This document shows, in pieces, positions 37,505 to 51,100 of a DNA stretch of 64,000 bases. The notes under the pieces are model-generated. The model saw only the letters and a list, made by a program, of their open reading frames with translations. It had not been told where the DNA came from and did no database searches. Positions within the stretch are counted from its first letter, which is position 1; every line of letters starts with the position of its first letter. Position numbers and translations under genes: made by a program. Origin of the DNA: Pelomyxa schiedti (taxonomy: Eukaryota; Protista; Evosea); NCBI GenBank assembly GCA_020536535.1, contig JAHLWZ010000866.1, positions 1 to 64,000 on the forward strand, given 5' to 3'.

Positions 37505-40500
37505 TCAAGTTTTTCCCTTTGGGGTGCGTTTGGCCTCCAAGGCCTGTTGTAGTGTTGCTTCTAGCTTTTCGACTGTGGCTAGAAGTTCCGCGTTTTCTTT
37601 TGTGACAGATGCCACCTGTGCTATTGTAGTGCTGTAGCTTGTTGTGAGGTGCTCAATGACAGGTCTCAGTGCAACCCAAGCACATACTGAAGCATGCCGA
37701 CGTAGTGCAGCCCGGGTACCCTTCCAGGGACATTCCAGGTCTTCCGCAACGCAGGGGACTTGGAGAGATTCACATACGGCATCGTGTTGTATTGAACTGT
37801 CCTCCCCTTCAAAGTATTCGCCACAGCCCCGCGGACACACTGTTACAAGAATTGGATTGTGGATGATTTGAGGAATCAGGATACACACATGTGCAGTGGG
37901 CATCTACCCAGGGCCCAGGAAAGGACCGGGGTATGAGTTTCTTGCACTGTGGGCAGGGAACAAGCTTCTTTGGGCATGTTTGGTCATGTCTTTCTTGAGC
38001 ATTTAAAACTAGTCTTGTAGCGCAACCCTCATTAGCACATGCTGAATAAAAAATGAGTACACGAGCTCAATGAGGGGAACCATACTCCTTTGGCACCGTG
38101 TGTTATGTGCTGTGACAAAGATTCCATAGGGCATAGACACTGAGCATGTAGGACAAGTTGTAAGTGCCCTGGGGCACCAGCGTCGATGGGAATCTCGATC
38201 CGAAGCCGAAACCCGTAAACCACACCCATTTTCGCACTCTGAAGGAAGTCATTTGAATGCAAGATACAAGGAGAGCAAACGGTCTGGGCAATTCTGAATG
38301 TGGTTGTTTCGTGATTCACATGGTACTCTTCTCTTGCAAGTTGTACAGATGTAGCACAGGGATTTAAGTTTGGCATGCACATACTTAGGAACAACTTTGG
38401 ATATGGTGCTATCATTTATTTCCGATGCACAAGAGCACATTGCACCCTCAAAAAATGTATCCCGCGAAAAGAAAGGAAGACAAGTACCTTATGCGCGCAA
38501 GATAAACACATCATCTCGCCACAGGTGTGAATTACAGGGTTCACTAATGGATTTCTACAAACAAGGCATTCTAATCCCGGTTCCACGTTTATCCTCTGTA
38601 GTTTGTAAATGTACAATTGAAAAAGAGTGATACATACAGACATCTGGGCGACAGATTGCGCCAGTGCCGATTTCGTTTTCCCATCAATAAAAAATAAAAT
38701 GTCCGTGTTTAAACGGTCATTGCCAAGCATGTCTTCAAGAGCGAAGGAATGGCCACTGAAATTGATGTGAGTTGCTAACTAGGAAGTGGAAAAGAGAAGA
38801 CATTGGTGTGGCAGGTTTCGAACACATCAGGTGTATTTCATTTGGTTCAACAGCTCCCAGAAGCATTCTGCTAAGCTTAGTGGTGACAGTGACATATGAA
38901 GCAGTGCGATTCATATAGCACAAAATTGGAGGTGCTGAAGGTGATGTTGACACTATTTGTGAAGGCTGAGTTGTAATTACTGTCGAAGAAGTTGTGGGTG
39001 TGGTTGAAGAAATATCTGTTCGCTCGGATTTCAACGAGGGTTTAGTTGGTGGTTGTGTTGGTGCATCACATGCAATGAAGGAGATAAATAATCTCTGCAA
39101 GTTGCGGTTGTACCATTCTTGTATTGTTCGGAATGGTGCACTCTGCTTTACTTTCTCAAATACTAAGATATCTACCCAACATTACTTAACATGTAAAACT
39201 AAAGGGTAACAAACCTCCATTTACGAGTTCGTTTTCAAATATCGTTTTTGTGGTGTTTACTGGTTTAACAAGGTCTGGTTTGATTTCCTGGTGAAATTAG
39301 AAGCTGCTATGGTGTGGTGTTTTCAACCTCAAAAATGTTAATTTCTTCGTCTGGACTAAGGCCTGCTAGTTGCCGCATGATAATTGCAAGCTCAGATGAG
39401 ATTTGCTTGGGTTGTGCATAGTAACAGCCTATGTACCTGAAAAATGGTGAGGAATCGCATTACACGAAGTAGTATACCGAGGTTCTTTTTGGGTTATAGG
39501 GTTGTAGTATTTGAAGAATAAAAGTGAGTGATGATTAGCATCAGGAAATGCTGCGAAATTTTCCGACTGGTTTCTCATCAGTGATGCATGTTAGAGTTAC
39601 TCAGAATTCATTCACCTGAATTGAAGGAGGCTTGCTTTCTGAGACTTGGGCAAAAATGAATATGTCCGGGTCATTCATCCTTCAGTGGGGTCAGTGTGAA
39701 ACATTCCCAGTAGATGGGTACTACCGTATGATATCATCTGAGGGAGGGACAGGTTCATGGGGCCGTACTGTTAGATTCTGTCTTGTTACGAACATCCACA
39801 GTCTTAGCAAACCCATGTCAACATCAAGCTGCTGTGCACATAATCTCTTGGGAAATGTTATTGAGAGATAGTAGAAATAATTTCAACTTGAAGAGCATTT
39901 CCGGTAATGCCCTGTTTAACTCGGAAACAACACTCAGACTGAAGAGGAATGAGCCCACATCCATGGTGACAGCAAAAGGTTGCCTCAGTAGCAAGCCTAA
40001 CAGAGACCACTAGGAGTGTGTTAAAGGGGAAAACAATGTAGAGTAGATTTACTGGGTGGTGGTGACACTTCAATTCTTATTGGAACAACACAAAAAGTAA
40101 CGGTTTCATTTGCAGAAAAGAAACCAGGATCTTGTTTTAACAGGGAAATCGGAACGAATTCAGTAAAGCCCCAATCCAGTTCCGAGTCAGCGTTGGTGAA
40201 CACATGGCGTGCCTCTATTTTAGTTTTGGCAAAGTGAGATGTGAGAAAGATTTGTGTTCTTAAGTGTATCACACCAAAACGTAGAGTTTTTTCCGAGTCA
40301 ACATTGTGAATCATTTCTACGCGAAATTTTGCCTCCACAGTCCACTCTGGAACTTGGAGTTTGCCTAGTTCCAGGTACACTGCCACATTTCTTTTGACTT
40401 TGTGCTCGTTCCCGCGTGGAAACACGCGCAATCTCCTTTTGGTGATGTTGGCACGAAAGCTACGCTTTCAAGAGATCTGGCCGTACCAACATACGTCTTT

Positions 40501-40623
40501 ATACCACCATTCGTCGCTGCACACGGACTCTTCCTCGCCACTTAAAAACCGAGGAACACAAAACGTGAGCCGACACGGCTCTTGTGGATCTTGTGGGCGG
40601 TCCAGCACCCCACCTCTCAACAT
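37505..40623 (-). CDS. MATH + USP7-type UBL1-3 + RING + TRAF zinc fingers + coiled coil (no USP catalytic domain)
   Basis: MATH WRLRVFPRG...VAVYL...DWGFTEFV; UBL1 VRLATEATFCCHHG...LRLWMFVTRQNLTVRP; UBL2 LLFFKYYNP...IFEEIKP...ELVNGDILVFEK; RING CLVC...CGEMMCLSC; TRAF-type CxxxC...H...C repeats. The frame is continuous through GT-AG introns at the junctions checked. Confidence 0.8.
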
Positions 40624-40770
40624 TATTTGAAAAAATGAAAGACAGAAAAAAAATTAAAGTGATGGCAACAGTTGCCCGGAGCAGATGCCAAATCTTCCGA
40701 GAAGATCGTAGTTGCGATGAAAATACGAGAGATAGGGCTCTGAATAATAGCAAGGCGATAAGCCCAGATA

Positions 40771-41898
40771 TCACAGGTTTTTGAGCCATGAACATAGCAG
40801 AGAGAAAGTGATAGAGTTGGGTCCAGGAATCAGCAACTGTTGCACAGCTGTTTTTGTGGTTTTGGCTGCTGTTCCCCACAGTACCTCCAAATCATTGGCA
40901 ACTGATTCTGCAGAAACCCATTTGGCAGATACAAGTTCCTTCGGATTGAACTCGACAGACTCAGGCTGGGGAGAAACGGCCGTAACGAGGAATCCCACAA
41001 TCAATTGAGACCCAAATGGCGGTGCCAGAGGCATAGATGCACAATAGGTAAACGTGGAGTCGTCCAGAGCAACACCTGTCTCTTCTTTTACTTCTCTCGC
41101 TGCTCCTTCTTCTAGTGTCTCACCAGGTTCCAAGTATCCAGTTACACATGCATGTACTCCTGTATAAATGTGAGTGGCGAAGCAAAAAAGACAGCTAACC
41201 TGCTTGGTTGTTGCAGACAAGGAGGCATCTCTTCTTATCGGGATGTAAGACGAGGGCTGCTACAATTGGGTCTGTTCGGAGCCAGTGCTGGGCGCAGCAG
41301 GTCAGGTTCTGGCATACCCGGTTTGGAGTGGATGCACTTGAAGTACCGCAACAAGAACCGCACCTGTTGCAGTGCAAGTATGTATAATGAAAGTGAATCA
41401 GGTTTTTTGCCTTTAACTGTTAGTCCTCTAGACAGGAAATTCTTCTTTGGAGAAGTGACTCACAAAAGATATAAACGACGCCTCGGCAGTGTTCATCTTC
41501 CCGGTAACCCTCAGCCAGTTCCCGCCGTTACAAAAGAACGCCGAGTCAGCCATGCCGCACTCCCTAGACTTCACAAAGCCAACCAATGGCTGCGTGACAC
41601 TGCTATTGACCACCACTCCAAGCAACTCAGACCTGCTACTGCACGCCACAGGGATTCTCTTCACGCTCGCCACCCTGCCCAAGACCACTTCCAGCACCCT
41701 GCCTCCGCTGCCTAGATATCCCCTCCTTGTCAAGTCGGCGGCCTCCCACACAAACGTGGTTGCAGAACTCCACCCGTTACGAACGACTACCAGCGGCCAC
41801 ATTTGCTCATCGAACAACACACAGTACTGCTTTGTTGCTGTTGCAGTTGCAGTTGCAGGTGCTGCTGCTGGAATAACTGTCGAATCAGTGGGTGGCAT
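40771..41898 (-). CDS. NudC-like NAD(H) diphosphatase (NUDT12/13/NPY1 family Nudix)
   Basis: Zn ribbon CNRCG...VCQNLTC; RTDPIV; Nudix box GYLEPGETLEEGAAREVKEETG; divergent SQPWPFP motif (SMPLAPPFGSQL). Confidence 0.85.
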
Positions 41899-42039
41899 AT
41901 CTTGGTCACATTCATCGCCGCAAGCGACGTGACTCCGCGGGGGGGTGCTTGGCACTCGGTCAACGGACAAGCACAGGCGCGTAACCATCAAAAACAACAA
42001 ACGACGAAATCAAAGGAAAAGTGAAACGAGAACGTTCAT

Positions 42040-43288
42040 CAGCCAGCAAACACCGGCACCAAAGTTGGCGCTGGGCGTGGCCGAAGTGGAGGAGATTGCG
42101 CGCAAGCTCCGGGACCCAGCGGACGTGGAGTCGTGCTCCCGGGTGTGCGCGACGTGGCGGGCCGCCACTGCGTCGCCTCGGGCGTGGATGGGTGCCCTCG
42201 GCGGCGCTCTGGGGTTGTCTGAGAATTGGCTGTCGCTCAGGCAAGAGGTGTCTTGGATTTCCGATTTCCCTCTGGCGTCCTCTCGCGCGCACGCGGATGT
42301 TGTTCCGTTTGACGCACCGAGTTTCGAAAAAGGGGCCTTTTGCTTATTCGCGTAAAAAGAATGCCAGGGACGTTTGCTTGGACTGGCTGAGGCTCACGAG
42401 GGCTGAGAGGGAATGCTGCCTCTTGGGTCAGTCTTGGATGCCTTGGATTGAGCCCCAAAGCAAGGCACTACTCAAGTGCATAGTTCTGGGAGAACCTGGC
42501 GTTGGAAAGACATCCCTGGCGCAGTCACTTTTTCAGAGGCACCGTGGGTATTAAATTCATTTCCCAAGGGGCATTTTCTACCACTCGGTCATTCTTCCAA
42601 AGATCGTTACCACGACGTGCACATGGCGCTATTGGAGCTGATTTTTCTGTTTTTGAAATGAACTGGGGTTCTATTCAAGGTATTTGGAATACCTTGGCCT
42701 GTGGCTGATAAATATTCAGTTTGGGATACTGCAGGTCAGGAGAGATTTCAATCACTTGGTACGTGCCACACGTATTAAGCAACTGTCTAAATCCACTTTC
42801 CGTAAGGAGGGACCTTCTACAGGCAAGTTTTTCTGGAACAATCCCGCACTAAAAGTTCCAAGGGGAACTGATTGCGTGATGCTTTGCTACTCCGTCAATG
42901 ATCGGACATCACTTGAGAAGTAGGTATTGCGTTCTTTGTTAAACTAACCTCACAAAAAGACTGCCTTTGTGGAAGCAGAGCTATCACGATGCTGTACCTG
43001 GCGTGTCACGTGCCGTTTTTGGTGTTGTGGGTTGCAAAAGTGACTTGCAGTATAATTGCAAATCCCCGGTTTCCATTAAAGCTGCCAGGTATAAAGTTTT
43101 GTGATCGACGGTGCCAACGAACTCATAGGGCAACAACCAAATCCATAGGAGCGAGATATTGTGGCGAAACAAGTGCACTTGATTGGGTCAACATTAAAGG
43201 CCCATTCTGCTATTTAGCACTGCTTGCTTCCCAGGCTAATAGCTTTCCTATGCCTACTGGATCCAGAGCGAAGTTGTCTTGTTACTGA
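42040..43288 (+). CDS. F-box + Rab7-like GTPase fusion (start codon unresolved)
   Basis: F-box VEEIARKLRDPADVESCSRVCATW; GTPase [49 protein letters not shown], ETSA. Confidence 0.8.
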
Positions 43289-43368
43289 CTGTAATTCTAA
43301 ACACTTGTACTTTACAAACTTTTCACCAAATGGAACGGTCCTTATTGGAGCACAAAAATTTTTGTCTT

Positions 43369-44465
<1,097 letters not shown>

Positions 44466-44536
44466 GATTGAACGATTTGTTTTCAAAAGCTTGAATCTCG
44501 TATCTACAAGAAAATTATCGCGTCGGTCTCTTGTTG

Positions 44537-46353
44537 TTACATGATCCAGACGTGCGTCCACAGTGAACTATCCTCGTCAGCATCCAGATCGGCATCAGTG
44601 AGGCCCAGCCTCTTCGTTGATGCTTTGATGTGCAGGTGTGAGGCAATAACAAAGTCCCACAAGTGCTGCTTGACAAACGAAAGTGTCATCTCAGGGTACA
44701 CACGAAGGAGCATCTTCCACGTGCCAACCAAGGAAGTTGATGAATCTATTCCGTGCACGTCAAGCATGGTTTCAAACTTTTGTTGTGTGATGAGTATGTT
44801 TTGAAGGGTAGTTTTTGTCATTGTGGGTACCTCTTTAAGAGTCACATGGAACCTTCTGATCAACCACTCTGAACAGCTGGTCTTGTTGTACTCGATTAAC
44901 CTATGTAGCAAACGGTTGTCATTCCTCTTGACTTGATTTTCGTTCAAGTGGAACTGCTGAATGAACCACTTCACAACTTTTCCTGAATTGACATCATTGT
45001 GTGACAAACCCTGAGCCACGTTTTCAGAAGAGAATCTGACCAGAGACACGATCTGTTTTGCTTGTGAAACACTGCCACGTGAGGCAATTGCATTGACGAC
45101 GTCAGTCTTGTCTTTTTCGGAGAGAATTGAAACATCAAATATATTCAGCAGAATCAGCAAAGCCCCTGGTGCTTTCTGTTGAATGAAATGATGAATAGCA
45201 TCAACCACGCTTTTTTCACTGATATTCGTGACTGTGCAATTCGAAAGGAGCCATTGAATTCCCCCCGTTGCCTCACTCATTAGGAGGTGAACATCGGAGA
45301 AAATTTCATCAGTTAATCTTGGAACTGAATTGACGTGATCCATGACATGGAACTTCTTTTCCAACCACTCTGCAACTGATGTGTTGCTCTGGCGAAGACA
45401 CATGATAAGGCATCGTGTTATTGCCTCTGCTTTCAGTGGTGCCCTCATTTTTGAGAGCAGCGACTCGAGCACCAACACACTGTCTTTTTTGTTCCTGCAT
45501 GCAGAAATGAGTGTGTGAGGTTCAACTGGACCAATGCTGTCACTGAAGTTGGTGATAAACCACTCTGTGAGTTCTTGGTCAGCAATCTCAATGCATGCAC
45601 AATCCAAGTCCTCCTGTGTTGGTTTCAGGGAAAAGCTGTTGATCAGCCACTTGGAACCCTTGGCATTTTTGGAGTCAAAAATCGACCTGAGGCCGGGGTG
45701 GTGTGTCTCTGAAAATTGTTCTTTGATCCACTGACAGCTTTCTTCAACCTGGAATTCACCTGGGCAGCACTCAATGAGCTGCTCAAGCATTATTTGCCCG
45801 TGTTCAGGGGGTTCACTCCCACGGAACAACTCAGTGCAAAACTTCACAACTTCCAAGCTTTGACTGGCAACGAAATGAGCAAGATAACACCCCTTGACAC
45901 AGTTGGCGAGTATTTCACTGCAAGCCGGAACAGCACAAGTGTATGAACTCAGCCACTTGACCACATCAAGGTGGCCCCACCTCACAGCAGCACGGAACGG
46001 CATTGGGAACTCCCAGGGCTCAGTCCCCAGACCCCGAAACGCTGACATCACCCACTTGACAACATCCAGGTTTCCTCCTTTGCAGGCATCATACAACAGG
46101 TTGTATGGTTGGCTTTTGATGCAACGCATCTCTCTCAAGTCATCGATCACGTCGCGGTCACCTGCAGGCCATCTCAGGAGTTCGCAGCCACACCACGGCG
46201 TGTCTCCGCCCTCGACCAGCTCCTTGGCCATGTCGAGGTGTCCCCCTGTTCTCGTGAGCGTTTTGAAGGAATTAAATCCAAGACGTTACGAATTATGGGT
46301 TGTTATCAGACCGCGAAGGTGTGCATTCAATTTACGCAGTAAATGCATATACG

Positions 46354-46410
<57 letters not shown>

Positions 46411-46867
46411 CCAAGCACAGGCCCCTGAGCACAGCGATGCATTCCTTCTTGTTGTTCCTCGTGTGCTTGTTCCTCAGAATCCAATCGATGCATCTCTTGC
46501 TCCCTGCTGCCCCCGCACACATGAGCCCAAAATACCGCGACGTGTTCGGGGTCCCATAATCCCAGTCTCCCTCCTCCAGTTCGCGAACCTTCACATCGGC
46601 ACCGCCTCCCGTGAGCAGCCGGCAGGCCCTCGGCACCAGGGGGAACAGGGCGTCGGCGAGGCCCATGAGCCAATTGCACTGGTCCCTCATCAGTGGCACC
46701 CCGCGATTGTGGGACGGAGACACGATCGCGGGTTCGACGAAGTTTTCCCACACGACTCGCGACACCGTCATCACCCACCGGGCGTCATTGTCCCGTTCCT
46801 GACCTCCAAGCCCACACATGTTGTTATTACGGAATGTTGCGTACAGTGGCTGCAGCCTCGCCATCAT
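44537..46867 (-). CDS. Ankyrin-repeat-like protein, copy 2
   Basis: Colinear with 8496-10785, with the same two intron positions. The second intron is 54 nt, in frame and stop-free, so the ORF track reads through it. Confidence 0.8.
46355..46410. repeat. Compound (TA)n(CA)n microsatellite at the 5' end of intron 1 of ankyrin copy 2
   Basis: Directly visible; the equivalent site in copy 1 is the short GTGTGTGTCTGTATAT. Confidence 0.95.
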
Positions 46868-48130
46868 GTTGGGGGTTTTTTTCTTGGAAAACCTCTGTTG
46901 TGGTGTTGTGGTTGGCTGGTTGAAACAAGGAACCACTTAGTTAAGACAAATCCAAAGTGTCCGCACATTCCCCAATTTGGATGGCTCGGGGAGATTTGAT
47001 TGGTGCTATCCTCGTTACTCCAGTCAATTCGTCTAGTCGAATCCAATTTCTGTCTCGAAAATTAAGCGGTTGCCCGGGCAATTGTGTCTAGTAAGCAATA
47101 ATTATCCAAATCAAAAAAAAAACATAAAACAAAAAAAACAAGCCTACAACACCGCGGATCTGCGACTAATGCCGTATCGCCTTGTTATTTCCATCTCAGA
47201 GATCGAGGAGTTAGGTACGTGTCACAGTGTGGAAGGCCTGAGGCGAAACGCCGTGACTGGCTCCGTCGAGCGCATCGACAGGAACATCCTCCTGTGCGCC
47301 GAAGGCTGTCTTCTTCCCCGCATCGGGCAAAGTATTGGGGTGGTCGACGCGTTCACCAACACGATCACGGAGTAAGTTTATCTTTCCAATTGTATTCTGA
47401 TCTCGTTTGCGTGCGCAAATTTCTTACTTGGCATTTGCTAGATCTGAGAGCAACACCACTTTTGACGTTCTGGTTGTTGAGAAGTATGACGTTCTTCCAA
47501 GGGGGTATACTTTCCCGGGAGTCACCGAGTTGGTAATGAGGCCCTCGAAGTGATGTTAGTATTGCATTCCTTTGATTAGTAATTTTTGTAGTATCCATCT
47601 CCCGTTTTCTCCCTCAACTAAGTGACAAAAATGACAGGGTACCAGCTCCACTGACTTGGGACTGTCTAAAACTACTACTCAAAAATAAATAGATTTTTGC
47701 CTGAGTGAAGAAGTTTTGTTTGTTTACAACCCGGGAAAAAATCTCCGGCAGTCCTTGCTCTCAGAGGCCGCTGGTCCATGTGTTCTATCCAGTGTTAACC
47801 TTATGATCACTATTATACAGCAGTTATTGTTGTAATTGGAATTCCAGGAATACCCAATCCTCCTGCTGGCAGGCTCAGTTTCGTTAAGAACCTAACTAAC
47901 ACACTCACAAAAAAATTCATTTTTTTGGATTTCCTTGTTATTGCTCCAATAAAAAAATGGGAAGGTATTACCTGTTTGTCAGCTAATCCATGATTTCATT
48001 GTGCACCTTGTCAAGAAGTTCTCGCGTGAGACAAGACAGATAGTGGGGAGAGTTGTACAGTAACTAGAAAGTTCCGGAAACAAGTCCGCGACTAGTCAAA
48101 GTTAGTTTGGAGAAAACAACATAATCAGGG

Positions 48131-51100
48131 ATGCCTGGAGAAGATAAGAGTCCGCCAATGGATACTCCCAGAACTACTCAATCGTCTAGTGCTGCTGTGA
48201 ATGGTGGTTCAGCACCGGCAATAGTTTATATGGCCACGGCAAAGGTTCTATCTCATGATATCATTTCTGATGGTGAAGCTTGGAAAGCTAGAAGGAAGAT
48301 GTTGGGATTGCCAGAAGTGGTCCAACCTGGAGTGAAGGAGAAGATGGACAATAGTATGGTGAAGGGAATCTCATATCGCCAAGTGTTGGTGGAAAGCGGT
48401 ATTAGCGCACAGACGGGCATCAGGTTGGTCGGAAGTTACCACGATCGCTCATATTGTGATTGCCCTATCTGGGGATGCAGCGTTATACTTAGGACCGCAG
48501 ATCATGCAATTGAGTTCTTTGAAAGATGTTAAATGTGAATTCATGCAGAACTATTTGCTTGAAGAAGAAAAGCTGTCCAGATAAAGGCTTTTGAATATGA
48601 TTCAAGGTGCAAATGAAAGTATCGAAGGTTATACGCGCCGAATGAGGTATACTTATGAACAAGTCTATGGCTCAGTTTATGATGTCAATACAATGCGAAA
48701 CCTTATTGAAACCATGATCAGTCGTTTGCTACCAGAATTGAGAGCAAAATCAATGCTCTACCTGACTTTAGTGACTGGTCCGAGGTGGTCAGTATGTTGA
48801 AAAAGATAGAAGTTACTACAAGCAAGAATCCCGTTGTTGGACCAATTGCTGGGGAAGAGCCTAAAGATATGCAACAAATGATCCAAACAGCAGTCAAAGT
48901 ATCCCCTTAGGCTTGTCTTGATCCATATTAGAACTGGAAGCAGCAACACTCGAATCACTTGGAGTTGTAGTATTGGAAGTCGGAGCAGTAGAGGATTTGT
49001 CATCTTTCTTCCTAGTACATGACATTCCTTGGTCACAATTGAAACAGGGTCCATAACAGCTTCTCTTCTTGCCAGCCAAAAAAGGTTTGGCCGCGGGCAA
49101 AGGCTCCGTGCCTCCGACCGACAGCTGAAGACAAGAGTATTGAATACAAAGCCAAATTCGACTGATATACTCAGTATAGATTGATCTCCTCGCCTTTGTA
49201 ACTCCCCTCCTTTGTATCACCTTTCATCTTCCTCTTACACTTCTTCCGATACGCACTCCACATTTGAAGTAGCGTTCTCCGTTTTCCCCATATAGGATCT
49301 ACTTTGGCAGTCAAATCAATTTTGGATTTGGAACTAGGAACGGAATACCCGATACATTTCAATTCCTCATATCCATCCACTTGGCAATTCTTATTGCACT
49401 TACCGGGTCTGACACCAATGAAGTGTGCTGATGTGAAATATCCATTCAGTGTATACAGTGTTTCAGTCTGTCAGAATTAAAGCTCGATGTTATACTGTAA
49501 TCAAGGCCAAAGTGCGAGATATATCTCCTGGTGATGAAGTATGCATAGAGCAACAAAAAGGACATAAAGCTGTGATGTGTGCAACTGTGTTAGCCAAGAT
49601 TGATGACAAAGGTGAAGTTCCCTTGTTGATCACAAATCCTAGAAGACAACAATGTCGACTCAACATAAATGCGCTAAATCTTGTAGATCCAATTCCTACC
49701 TATACAATTGAGTCAATAGGACTTGCTTGAATCCAGAGAGGCGAAACCTAATCCAGTTGATATTTCGATCAAGAAGAGAACTCAGGGTGATGAAAAAACT
49801 CTTCGAAGGAAAGAACTAATTCAGAAGTTCCCTTGATTCATTTGGACCCGAAAAGTCAAAATCGAGTGAAGCAACTTCTGGAGGAGTATTTGGATATTAT
49901 CAGTGATGGTGATATCGATACTGGAGATACTGCTCCGATTGCATTACCGATGTATCGTAAAGTGCTGGAGATAAACAGAATTATAGAGGAGGAAGTCAAG
50001 AAAGGTCTAGCCTCAGGAGTAATAGAACCTTCTGTAGGGCAGCACCAGTCGTGCTTGTGGAGAAACCTATCGATTTTGTGGATTACAAAAGACTGAATGC
50101 TGTAACCAAGAAGATGGTGTATCAAATGCCAAGATTTGATGACATGCTGGATGTGCTAGGTGGCAATAATTGGTTCACCGGACTCGATTTGAAAGCTGGC
50201 TATTGGCAAGTCGAAATCAGCTTTTCGTAGAAGATCGATATTGTACCAATTTGCTGTATTGAGTTTTGGTTTAGTCAATGCACCTGCCACTTTTCAGGAA
50301 TTAATGGATCTGATTCTAGCGGGATTGACTGTTTGGTGTATATCGATGATGTAATCATATTCTCGCGAGGAGCCCTAGTTGAACACCTATCTTGGGTAAG
50401 GAAAGTATTTGATTGCTTGAAAAGAAACTGCAAGAACAAGTCTGTGTAGTTGAAATATCAAATCAAGAAATTGGTGTGGAGCAAAAGAAGGATCCAGAAC
50501 TGAAGATACTTTCTGAAGTAGTCAAAGGCAATTATTCTGTGTTGAAAGATGCCTGAAGATGAACACTTCAAATATATGGTTCAGAAAGATCTCTTTGTCC
50601 TTGACCACGAACAAGCAAAGTTATCAACCAAAAAGTGTACTAGCTACTGAACCAAATGAGTATGTAGCTATTGACTTATGGGACCATTTCCAGAAACCAA
50701 GTCCGGAAACACTTGTTGACTTGTATACAAGCTGAAAACTTTGCGTAATAAAGAAGCTTCTACATTGGTAAGATGTATTTAGAAACACTGGATTGTTCCA
50801 CAAGGAGGATTGAAATACCTGGTTTGTGATAGAGATCCCGCCTTTGTGAACGATGTAAATACCGAGATGTGTCGAAGCTGGGGTATACATCGGAATACTG
50901 TAACAGCTTATCATCTCATCCACAGTCCAATGGAGCTGCTGAGAATGAAGAAAGCAAGTGATAACTTAGACCATACAGAATTGTTGACAAGCCTACTGAG
51001 TTGTATAGAACATTGACAGGACTACCTGAAGGAATACACCCAGTAATCCATATCGATAGACCCAAGCCATATCTGGATAGTGAGCTTAGAGTTAAAGCGG

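Noticed and set aside
47070-48100. Possible LTR or short gene (GSVERIDRNILL...VVDAFTNTITE)
   Set aside because: No matching direct repeat on the other side of the Gypsy remnant, no convincing primer-binding site and no recognisable family.
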